Origin: an uncultured Eubacteriales bacterium
Lineage (GTDB): Bacteria > Bacillota > Clostridia > Christensenellales > UBA1242
Reading direction: 5' to 3'
Length of the DNA: 64,000 nucleotides
Assembly (NCBI GenBank): GCA_948607205.1
Contig: CAPERS010000005.1
Coordinates: forward strand, 834 to 64,833
Position 1 is the first letter of the stretch, and every line of letters starts with the position of its first letter. The notes beneath the pieces are model-generated. The model did not search any database. It was not told the origin of the DNA and was given only the letters and a program-made list of their open reading frames with translations. Shown here in pieces: positions 26,030-34,407 of the stretch. Made by a program: the position numbers and the translations under genes.

Positions 26030-26734
26030 CTACAAAGTTGCAAACTTAACACGTGCTCTTGCCTGAATTGTCACTTTGCCAACCATATCTTGACTTTCAA
26101 GACTGCTGTCATAATAGCGATACAAACTTGAAGAATAATAAACGCTTTCCTCTTCCAAGCCAATTATTTGAATTGATTCATGCCCAAAAACTTTTTTAGC
26201 TTTTGCTTTGGCATTTTCAATCGCGTTTGAAAGTGTTGTGTTATATAGTTCTTCTTCGTTGGAAATTCCATATTTTATGCTTTGCACATTTGTCACGCCA
26301 ACTTCAGTCACGCCATCGATAGTGGTTTTAATCTGTGCAATGTCATCAGTTTTGTAAGTGAAAGTAAGGTTGGAATAATATCCAATCAAACTTTTTCCGC
26401 ACGTATAATCATAGTTCGGATGAGATGAATAGCCTTCAACTATAATATTCTCACGCAAAACTCCGTTCCCAGTCAAAGATTCAACAGCTTTGTCAAAAAT
26501 AGCAAAAGTCTTATCTTTGGCGCTTGAAACATCAGAGTCAAGGTTCTCAATTGTCAAAGTCACATCCGCATAGTCAGGCGAAACCTCTGTTTGTGCTTTG
26601 CCAATTATGCTTATGCAAAAATTCTCATCCTCTGCAAGTGCTTCTGTTTGCACTGGTGTCGTTACGAGCGGAACTGCAATAAGCGCAGGCACTGCAAGCA
26701 ACGATACAATTGTTGGTATTAAATGTTTTTTCAT
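26030..26734 (-). CDS. SIMPL (DUF541) domain secreted protein
   Basis: Signal peptide. The GKAQTEVSPDYADVTLTIE start and the ...VTIQARARVKF end are typical of the SIMPL/BP26 family. Confidence 0.75.
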   Translation of the reverse strand: MKKHLIPTIVSLLAVPALIAVPLVTTPVQTEALAEDENFCISIIGKAQTEVSPDYADVTLTIENLDSDVSSAKDKTFAIFDKAVESLTGNGVLRENIIVEGYSSHPNYDYTCGKSLIGYYSNLTFTYKTDDIAQIKTTIDGVTEVGVTNVQSIKYGISNEEELYNTTLSNAIENAKAKAKKVFGHESIQIIGLEEESVYYSSSLYRYYDSSLESQDMVGKVTIQARARVKFATL

Positions 26735-26843
26735 GTTTCAAATCCTCCGATTGTTAGAATTTGACAAAATTAAAATATTATTTATCTATGACAAAACAAG
26801 TCAAACTTTGGCATAAAATACATAACTTCTTAGGTTTTTCGAT

Positions 26844-27690
26844 AAAAATCCAAAAAATATTAAATTGTTTTTAAAAAATGTTGCTAATTCATTTGACTTT
26901 TGGGGTTGAAAACTTTTACAATTTGTTTTGTCGAATTTTGTAATATTATGTCAAAAAGAAAAGGGTCTTATTGGTTATGAAAGGGAAAATTTTCGCTTGC
27001 ATCATGCTTGCCGTAATCATTTTAACTGGTGTAGGCATTGGAACAGGGCTATACTTCCGTGACAATCCAGATTCCTTTTTGCCGGGAAACAGTGAGGGTT
27101 ACGACGACCCAAATAAAAATCCAAGTGGTGACAATGACAATTCAATAATAATACCAGATGAACCAAACCTTCCAGATGACAATGACACAACAAAACCTGA
27201 ACTTCCTGAGGAGCCAGAAACTCCTGAAATTCCTGATGATACAGAAAAGCCAACTGAACCCGAAATCCCAGAGGAACCAGAAATACCAGAAGAGCCAGAA
27301 CTTCCTACTGAACCAGTTGAACCTACTGAACCTGAAGGACCTGACTTTTCAACTTTCTATGTTGAAATTGAGAATGAGATAGTTCGCCTTGTTGACTTTT
27401 TGTATATGATGACAAGTATTGAAATGGGAGTAAGTGTCATTGAAACAAGCGTCATTAAAGAAAACGAATTTGTTTCTTACACAATTTCATTTATTGAAGA
27501 AGAGATGTATGACTTTGAAATTGTTAAAGGGTATTTCAATGATGCAGTATCCATAGGCACAATCACAATCGAGGGCGAGAACTTTTCTTCAACATATGAA
27601 TTCAACGATGACAACTTCTCAATCAAGATTGATTACACAATAACGGTATAGAAAAACAGCGTAAATCTTCGCTGTTTTTTGTGTTTATGC
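26844..27690. repeat. right arm of a large inverted repeat of about 840 bp
   Basis: Reverse-complement match to 22566-23400, including the promoter-proximal UTR and the terminator AAAAACAGCG...CGCTGTTTTTT. Confidence 0.85.
26977..27651 (+). CDS. membrane-anchored Pro/Glu-rich protein, paralog B
   Basis: ATG 26977 (MKGKIFACIML). Same architecture as paralog A, ending FSIKIDYTITV. Two tandem terminators follow (27653-27683 and 27701-27731). Confidence 0.7.
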   Translation: MKGKIFACIMLAVIILTGVGIGTGLYFRDNPDSFLPGNSEGYDDPNKNPSGDNDNSIIIPDEPNLPDDNDTTKPELPEEPETPEIPDDTEKPTEPEIPEEPEIPEEPELPTEPVEPTEPEGPDFSTFYVEIENEIVRLVDFLYMMTSIEMGVSVIETSVIKENEFVSYTISFIEEEMYDFEIVKGYFNDAVSIGTITIEGENFSSTYEFNDDNFSIKIDYTITV

Positions 27691-27710
27691 CGTAATTAAT
27701 AAAAATATCA

Positions 27711-27973
27711 CTAATTTTTAGTGATATTTTTTGAATCAATAAGTTCTAGTATCTGATTTGAAAGTCTTATGATAGTATTCATTTTCCAAGACATAGACGC
27801 GTCTATGAAATCAGTCTTTTTCTCAGGTGTATAGAACTTACACTTAGTGCAACTTTTTCTAACTTGTGAGCGCAAGCAGTGACCGCAATTTAATCTGAAA
27901 ACATCTGCATATCAGGTCGATAAATAAAGTGCTGTTTAAAAAATTTGCAATCGTTCCTTTGTTCCTCTAACAT
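27711..27973 (-). pseudogene. possible frameshifted small Cys-rich ORF
   Basis: AGGAGGA RBS plus ATG 27973 gives a 27-aa ORF (MLEEQRNDCKFFKQHFIYRPDMQMFSD) stopping at 27890. A second frame continues across a TTTT run with LNCGHCLRSQVRKSCTKCKFY... to 27711. Confidence 0.3.
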
Positions 27974-28302
27974 TTTTTCCTCCTTTTTATAAAAAATAGC
28001 ATGTTTTTTTATAACGTTACCCCGAAATATAGGGGTATAACGACGCAAATAGGATAGCACTTTATTTATCAAAATCTAATTCACTTTTTGTAATAGTGCA
28101 AAAGGGGAATATTTAAAGGTTTTGAAAAAGAGAAACCTGAAGAGAAAAAAGAAATAGGCGACAAAATCCAAACACCAAAAGTTAAACCTAACAAGATTTT
28201 CTTTGACTGATAAAAAAGCAACGCCACTGTTGCTTTTTTTGTGCCAGATGAACATGCTTGACCTAACATGGTTAATATTCAGGAAAAAATTATAGAAAAA
28301 AA

Positions 28303-28459
28303 GCGCATAATGCGCATAAAAAGTGCATTATGCACTTGCTTGACCGAACACGATTTTTATTTAGGAAAAATTTTAGACAAAAAGTGTCTAAGACACCGGA
28401 CCGACCAAATAAAGCAAATATTTAGATAAAATTTTTAGATAATAAGTGCTTAAAGCACT
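28303..28459. repeat. hairpin-repeat family, locus B (four hairpins upstream of typA)
   Basis: GCGCA-TAA-TGCGC (28303), GTGCA-TTA-TGCAC (28323), GTGTC-TAA-GACAC (28384), AGTGCT-TAA-AGCACT (28445). Spacing is about 61 nt. Flanking motifs TTGACCGAAC / GGACCGAC and TTTAGA(C/T)AA are shared. Confidence 0.8.
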
Positions 28460-28512
28460 TGTATTTTTGAAGATAATGTGGTAAAATGTTTTAGTTAAAA
28501 AGGAAGAAAGAA

Positions 28513-30345
28513 ATGACAAACGAAAAAATCAGAAATATTGCAATTATTGCCCATGTAGACCATGGTAAAACAAGCCTCGTTGACGCACTACTCAAACAAG
28601 GTAGCGTTTTCCGCGATAACCAAGCGGTCGAAGATAGAGTTATGGATAGTAACGCTATCGAAAGAGAAAGAGGAATCACTATCCTTTCAAAAAACTGCTC
28701 ATGCATGTATAACGGCGTAAAAATCAATGTTGTCGACACACCAGGACACGCTGACTTCGGTGGTGAAGTTGAACGTGTGCTCAAAATGGTTGACGGCGTT
28801 CTTCTTGTTGTTGATGCCTATGAAGGTCCAATGCCTCAAACTCGTTTCGTGCTTGAAAGAGCGCTCGGACTTGGACTTAAAGTTGTTGTGGTTGTCAACA
28901 AGATTGATAGACCGGACGCACGTATAAACGAAGTTATTGACGAAGTGCTTGAACTTTTCCTTGACCTCGATGCTGATGAAGAGCAACTCAACTCTCCATT
29001 CGTTTTTGCATCTGCAAGAAATGGAATTGCTTCAACTGACAAAAACACTGTTGGCACAGATATGAGTCCACTTTTTGAAACTATCCTTGCACATATTCCA
29101 GCGCCACAAGGCGAAGATAATGGCAAAGCACAAGTGCTTGTGTCTTCTGCTGAACATAACGAATATGTCGGCAAACTTGCTGTCGGAAAAATTAATCGCG
29201 GAACACTTAAAGTTGGTCAAAGCGTAACTCTTTGCAACTTCCACGATGAGAGCAAAAAATTTCGCTCAAAAATTGTGAGTTTGTTTGTGTTTGAAGGTCT
29301 TAAAAAAGTTCCTGTTGAAAGTGCAACTGTTGGCGAAATTGTCTGCATTGCAGGTCTTGAAAATGTCAACATTGGCGACACAATCTGTGACGCTGAACAA
29401 GTTGAGCCAATCGAGTTTGTCAAGATTGCAGAACCTTCTGTTGAGATGACTTTTATGGTTAATGACAGTCCATTCGCTGGCAAGGAAGGCAAGTTTGTGA
29501 CTTCTCGTCACATTCGTGAAAGACTCTATAAAGAAGCGGTGAAAGACTTGTCACTTAAAGTTAGTGACGGCGAAACTGCTGAAAAATTCAAGGTGTGCGG
29601 TCGTGGAGAAATGCACCTTTCAATCCTTATCGAAAACATGAGAAGAGATGGCTATGAATTCCAAGTGAGCATGCCAAAAGTTCTCATCAAAGAAATTGAC
29701 GGCAAAAAATGTGAGCCAATTGACAGGCTTTTCCTTGACGTTCCTGAAAACTGCACAGGCGTTGTTATGCAAAAAATGGGCGTTAGAAAAGGCGAACTCC
29801 TTGGCATGACGCCTCACGGAAGTCGTATGAAAATGGAGTTTCTTATTCCATCACGTGGACTTTTCGGTTTCAAAAGTGAACTTCTCACTGACACAAAAGG
29901 CGAAGGCGTTATAAACTCAGTTTTTGAAGAATATCAGCCATGGAAGGGCGAAATCAATCGCCGTGAATTTGGCTCACTTATCGCACACGAAAGTGGAGAG
30001 TCAATCGTTTATGGTCTTTTCAATGCGCAAGAGCGCGGTGACCTCTTTATCGGCGCTGGCGTGCCGGTTTATGCTGGAATGGTTGTTGGTCAAAACCCAA
30101 AAGGTGACGACATTGTTGTCAATGTCTGCAAAAGAAAGCACCTTTCAAACTGCCGTTCTTCTGGCGCTGACGAAGCACTCAGACTCACTCCACCAAAAAG
30201 AATGAGCCTTGAAGACGCAATTGAATTCTTGGCTGACGACGAAATTTTGGAAGTGACTCCAAAAAGTATGCGCATCAGAAAGATTATCCTCGACCACAAT
30301 ATGCGCATCCGTGAACGCGGAAAAATCATGAGAGGAGAAATTTAA
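28513..30345 (+). CDS. typA: translational GTPase TypA/BipA
   Basis: AIIAHVDHGKTSL (G1), DTPGHADF (G3), NKIDR (G4); 610 aa. GGAAG-rich RBS present. Confidence 0.95.
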   Translation: MTNEKIRNIAIIAHVDHGKTSLVDALLKQGSVFRDNQAVEDRVMDSNAIERERGITILSKNCSCMYNGVKINVVDTPGHADFGGEVERVLKMVDGVLLVVDAYEGPMPQTRFVLERALGLGLKVVVVVNKIDRPDARINEVIDEVLELFLDLDADEEQLNSPFVFASARNGIASTDKNTVGTDMSPLFETILAHIPAPQGEDNGKAQVLVSSAEHNEYVGKLAVGKINRGTLKVGQSVTLCNFHDESKKFRSKIVSLFVFEGLKKVPVESATVGEIVCIAGLENVNIGDTICDAEQVEPIEFVKIAEPSVEMTFMVNDSPFAGKEGKFVTSRHIRERLYKEAVKDLSLKVSDGETAEKFKVCGRGEMHLSILIENMRRDGYEFQVSMPKVLIKEIDGKKCEPIDRLFLDVPENCTGVVMQKMGVRKGELLGMTPHGSRMKMEFLIPSRGLFGFKSELLTDTKGEGVINSVFEEYQPWKGEINRREFGSLIAHESGESIVYGLFNAQERGDLFIGAGVPVYAGMVVGQNPKGDDIVVNVCKRKHLSNCRSSGADEALRLTPPKRMSLEDAIEFLADDEILEVTPKSMRIRKIILDHNMRIRERGKIMRGEI

Positions 30346-30346
30346 T

Positions 30347-30607
30347 TTGAACCCAAAACAGAGCAGAGATTTAAGAAAGAATTACAAAAGACTTATGATA
30401 TTTTTGATATCTTTCTTTGTCTTTGCTCTTATTGTTTGTTATCTTCTTATGCGCACAGGCATCTCGCCAATTCTTAACGGTTTCATTATTATCGTTTTAG
30501 CCTGCATTTTCTACTTGTTATTTTTGTTTATTTGTGCTAAAATTGATAAAAGAAAGGAAGAGCGCATGAAAGATGAAGAAACCAAAGACCCTTTCATAAA
30601 GCATTGA
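30347..30607 (+). CDS. small two-TM membrane protein, possibly YlaH-like
   Basis: 86 aa with a TTG start 1 nt after the typA stop. The position mirrors ylaG(typA)-ylaH in Bacillus subtilis. Sequence similarity was not verified. Confidence 0.4.
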   Translation: MNPKQSRDLRKNYKRLMIFLISFFVFALIVCYLLMRTGISPILNGFIIIVLACIFYLLFLFICAKIDKRKEERMKDEETKDPFIKH

Positions 30608-30691
30608 ATGCTGTTAACAGATTTTAAAATGCAATCAATGCAATGCTTGACCGAACGAAGTATATTAATGAATACAGATTATAGACTGAAA

Positions 30692-30797
30692 GCGCATAGT
30701 GCGTATAAAAAGTGCCTGAGGCACAGTGCATGATGCACTTGACCGAATGAGAAATGTATTTGGAACAAAGTTTATAGATAATAAGCGGATAATCCGC
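30692..30797. repeat. hairpin-repeat family, locus C (four hairpins upstream of dnaB)
   Basis: GCGCA-TAG-TGCGT (30692), GTGCC-TGA-GGCAC (30712), GTGCA-TGA-TGCAC (30726), GCGGA-TAA-TCCGC (30785). TTGACCGAA motifs occur at 30646 and 30739. Confidence 0.8.
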
Positions 30798-30811
30798 AAT
30801 GGGAGGATAGA

Positions 30812-32245
30812 ATGAGCGAATTTAAGATTATGCCACATAACTTGGAAGCTGAGCAGGCACTGCTTGGCTGTGTTTTGATTGACGTTCAAATCCAAGCAGA
30901 TATTCTTGCTCTTATTGACCCTGTGGATTTTTATTCTGAATCTCATCAAAATATCTTCAAAGCAATGCAAGCGGTTTACACAAAAAATATCCCAGTTGAC
31001 TTCGTAACTCTCGCCGATAACCTTGAAAAAAGCGGAACCTTAGAAAAGGTTGGTGGACTTGAATACATAACCATTCTTTCAAACTCAGTTCCTTCGGCTG
31101 TTAACTATAAGTTCTACCTCGACATTGTCAAAGCAGACTCAATCAAAAGAAAACTTATTAAAAGCGGACAGGAAATAATCGAAAAAGCCTATTCGGCAGA
31201 AGATAAACAAGAAGTTTTGAACTTTGCTGAAAAGTCGGTTTTTGATATCGCTGATAAACAAGGCTCATCTTCACTTGAACATGTCGGCAAGCCGGGTGGT
31301 GCAATCAAACAGGTTATCGACAAGTTCGACACAATCGCAAATGACCCAACTTCGCTTAGAGGAATTCCAACAGGCTTTAAAGAATATGACGCCATGACAA
31401 ATGGTCTTCAAAACAGTGACCTTGTTCTTCTTGCAGCGCGTCCAGGTGTTGGAAAAACCTCTTTTGCAATGAATATTATTGTAAATTCTGCCATTAAACA
31501 TGGCAAAAAATGCGCAGTGTTCTCACTTGAAATGTCAAGAGCTCAACTTATGCAAAGGGCAATCTGTTCGCTTGCAAAAGTCAGTATGGCGAAAGCGCTT
31601 AACGGAACAATGGGGCCAGAAGAATGGAATCGCATTTGGTCAGCAACAAAACAGCTTGAACAAAGTTCAATATATATAGACGACTCATCAATGACAACCC
31701 CATCTTCGCTTATATCAAAGTGTCGTCAACTTAAAGCCAAGGAAGGTCTTGACATAATTATGGTTGACTATATCCAACTTATGTCATCTGGAAAGTCAAG
31801 AGTTGAAAGCAGACAAAACGAAGTTTCTGAAATTTCAAGAAATCTCAAAATTGCAGCGAAAGAACTTAATGTTCCGGTCATCGCACTTAGCCAGCTTTCT
31901 CGTTCTGTTGAACAGCGACAAGGCGACCATAGACCTGTTCCTTCAGATCTTCGTGATTCTGGTGCGATTGAGCAGGACGCAGACATAATTTTGTTCTTGT
32001 ATAATCCTGAGAAATATAACGACGTTCCGCAAGAGGACGAGCCAGGAACAATTGAACTTATCGTTTCAAAGCATAGAAATGGTCGAACAGGAACGGTTAA
32101 ACTTCGCTGGATAGGCGAGTATACCACATTTGTTAACCTTGATGAACGTGTCAATGTGCGTGAAACTCAAAGAGTTCAAAGCAAAGATGTGACAGAAACA
32201 CCAGTTGAGAAAATTGACAATGATGTTTTTGGCGATGATGAATAG
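30812..32245 (+). CDS. dnaB: replicative DNA helicase
   Basis: N-terminal PHNLEAEQALLGCVL, Walker A AARPGVGKTSFAMN, and a RecA-like C-terminal domain; 477 aa. GGGAGG RBS present. Confidence 0.95.
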   Translation: MSEFKIMPHNLEAEQALLGCVLIDVQIQADILALIDPVDFYSESHQNIFKAMQAVYTKNIPVDFVTLADNLEKSGTLEKVGGLEYITILSNSVPSAVNYKFYLDIVKADSIKRKLIKSGQEIIEKAYSAEDKQEVLNFAEKSVFDIADKQGSSSLEHVGKPGGAIKQVIDKFDTIANDPTSLRGIPTGFKEYDAMTNGLQNSDLVLLAARPGVGKTSFAMNIIVNSAIKHGKKCAVFSLEMSRAQLMQRAICSLAKVSMAKALNGTMGPEEWNRIWSATKQLEQSSIYIDDSSMTTPSSLISKCRQLKAKEGLDIIMVDYIQLMSSGKSRVESRQNEVSEISRNLKIAAKELNVPVIALSQLSRSVEQRQGDHRPVPSDLRDSGAIEQDADIILFLYNPEKYNDVPQEDEPGTIELIVSKHRNGRTGTVKLRWIGEYTTFVNLDERVNVRETQRVQSKDVTETPVEKIDNDVFGDDE

Positions 32246-32253
32246 GAGGGAAA

Positions 32254-33195
32254 ATGACTGAAAGAAAAATGTTTAACAAAAAATGGCTTGTTGCGCTTTC
32301 AATTTTGGTGCTTGTGGCAATAACAGTGACAATGGTTGTTGTGTTCTTGCCAAAGAAGACAGACAAGGCAATTGAAAAAATTTATCAAAATGAAAGCACA
32401 ATGTTTCTTCAATCAGAAAATGAGAAAACCTTGTATAACTCATTTGTTGATAAACTTGATGTTGTTCCTTCTTATAGAGGCGAGGCAAATTTTGCAAAAA
32501 CAATCTCAGAAACAATGCACGATGTTGTTCTGTTTTATAAAGATAGCCTTCTGTATGCAGAAAGCGACGGAACTTTCCAAGATAACTATGGCAAGATTGT
32601 CAACGGAATTGACAGAGCAAATGATAGCAAAAATCGCATGAATAACATGCTTGGTGAAATTGAAGAAAAAATTGAGGCTGGCTCAATCAGCAACTTAAGA
32701 ACTGCTTGGCGTGATTATAGAAGGGAATTTGTTGTTTATTTGAATGAATATTCAACAGCAATCGAAGGAATGAGCGCTGTGTATCAAAACAGCCTTCCAA
32801 AAGGTGTAAGACAAAATCAATTCACCTATGACGTTCTTGATTCAGTTAACTACTTTCTTGACTATATCATTGAAGACTATCAATACATGGTCAATGTTGA
32901 TGTGCGTGACAATGCAACAACAAGCACATTTGCGGGCGGAGTTAAAATTGAAAAATTTGAAAACTTTGTTGAAAAATATTTGAATAACAAAACAATCATA
33001 TCTTCTGTTGAATATTCTTCATCTTTGCAAAGTGACATGACCAAAATCAAATCGTTTAAAGAACTTTACAAAGCAAACTTGGGCGATGTGATAAAAAGCA
33101 TTAAGGCCGATTATGGTTTTGCAGGAATTTCTCAAGATACGCAAGGCCTTCTTGATACAGTAAAAACTTTTCTTAATGGAGGGTGCAGAGCATGA
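32254..33195 (+). CDS. membrane-anchored hypothetical protein
   Basis: 313 aa with AGGAGGG in the 8-nt gap after dnaB. There is a single N-terminal TM (WLVALSILVLVAITVTMVVVFL) and the rest appears helical. No family recognised. Confidence 0.55.
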   Translation: MTERKMFNKKWLVALSILVLVAITVTMVVVFLPKKTDKAIEKIYQNESTMFLQSENEKTLYNSFVDKLDVVPSYRGEANFAKTISETMHDVVLFYKDSLLYAESDGTFQDNYGKIVNGIDRANDSKNRMNNMLGEIEEKIEAGSISNLRTAWRDYRREFVVYLNEYSTAIEGMSAVYQNSLPKGVRQNQFTYDVLDSVNYFLDYIIEDYQYMVNVDVRDNATTSTFAGGVKIEKFENFVEKYLNNKTIISSVEYSSSLQSDMTKIKSFKELYKANLGDVIKSIKADYGFAGISQDTQGLLDTVKTFLNGGCRA

Positions 33196-34268
33196 AAAAA
33201 AGAAATTTTTTTAAAATTGCAATGGCTGGAATAATGGTTTGTTCAGGTTTTGCACTAGTTGCTTGCGGTGGCTCTCAAGATGACCAAAGCGCTTTCAAAA
33301 AAATGGATTCTTTAGTGGAAGAAATGAAAGCAAATTCTTCAAGTGACTCTGATAACAGTAAACTTTTCAGAACTGGCAACGTTTATAACTTGTCATCAGA
33401 ATTCATTTTGTCTTCTTTCAACTTGACTGAAGATAAAACATATCAAGCACTTTTTGCCCTTCCTATGAATTATATTTCTTCACATTATAACATTCTTAAA
33501 GATGTTGAAGCAAAAAAAGACCTCACAAACGAAGATAGACAAGCAATCAATCAATTGAAAACAGACATTGACGCAATGCAAAGCGAATATAACAAACTCA
33601 ACTTGCAATATCAAAGACTTAAAACCTTTCCAAACGCGTCAGGTCATGAAATAATCTATCAAGGCGAACTTCAAGAATATCGCTATAAAACAACAGATAT
33701 TGTTGGCACAACATATAAAGTTGCACTTTCACTTGCCAATGTTGAAGAAGAAGTTTTATCTTTCTACACTGGTAAAGTAACAAAGAGCAAACTCGAAGTT
33801 CAAGATTCAGTTGAAATCAGAGATTATTTTTCACTTTTTGTTGGTCAAGATTATTATACTCTTCTTCTTAAAAACAGCAAATCTTCAAACCTTTCTGAAA
33901 GCGTGGAAATAATTGAAAACGCAAACAATGACTTCGAAAGTTTTGTTAAGGAAATCTGCGTGCCAACAGAATTGAAAGTGCTTTCATCTGGCTCTTCTGG
34001 CGGAACAACTGTTGCTTACAATTCAAAAGTTGATAACCTTTTGAAAGTTAATGGCTTAATCAAAAATGATAGAGAAATTATGACAAGAGCAACAAATGAG
34101 TTTTCTTTCTATAACTTCATGCTTTCTTACAGTGGCGATGAAAAATTCAACATTGATAATATTAAAGACTTGAAAAATTATGAAGATATTCATGTTCACG
34201 CAATAGAAGACTATTTCTCAATCATTCTTAAAGGTTACACAAATAATATCAAAAGCGTTATTATTTAA
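33192..34268 (+). CDS. lipoprotein, function unknown
   Basis: ATG 33192 overlaps the upstream stop (ATGA). GGAGGG lies 8 nt upstream. Lipobox in MKKRNFFKIAMAGIMVCSGFALVACGG. Confidence 0.6.
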   Translation: MKKRNFFKIAMAGIMVCSGFALVACGGSQDDQSAFKKMDSLVEEMKANSSSDSDNSKLFRTGNVYNLSSEFILSSFNLTEDKTYQALFALPMNYISSHYNILKDVEAKKDLTNEDRQAINQLKTDIDAMQSEYNKLNLQYQRLKTFPNASGHEIIYQGELQEYRYKTTDIVGTTYKVALSLANVEEEVLSFYTGKVTKSKLEVQDSVEIRDYFSLFVGQDYYTLLLKNSKSSNLSESVEIIENANNDFESFVKEICVPTELKVLSSGSSGGTTVAYNSKVDNLLKVNGLIKNDREIMTRATNEFSFYNFMLSYSGDEKFNIDNIKDLKNYEDIHVHAIEDYFSIILKGYTNNIKSVII

Positions 34269-34335
34269 GTGCATTTGGTGCTTAAAAAACATAAAAACAG
34301 TTAAGAGCTATTGGCTTCAAAATACGCAATATGTT

Positions 34336-34364
34336 TTGACATTTGCGTTTTTTTGTGTCATAAT
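34336..34364 (+). promoter_or_regulatory. promoter TTGACA-N17-CATAAT for gltX, overlapping the upstream terminator hairpin
   Basis: TTGACA at 34336-34341 and CATAAT at 34359-34364. The hairpin ACGCAA...TTGCGT plus T-run (34324-34354) terminates the lipoprotein gene. Confidence 0.5.
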
Positions 34365-34407
34365 ATCATGAAACAAAATTTGTTTATTTAAATAATTAGG
34401 AGAAATT

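Noticed and set aside
34269-34407. T-box or other riboswitch leader upstream of gltX
   Set aside because: The promoter (-10 at 34359-34364) leaves only about 40 nt of leader. No specifier or T-box sequence is visible, and the only hairpin is the terminator of the upstream gene.
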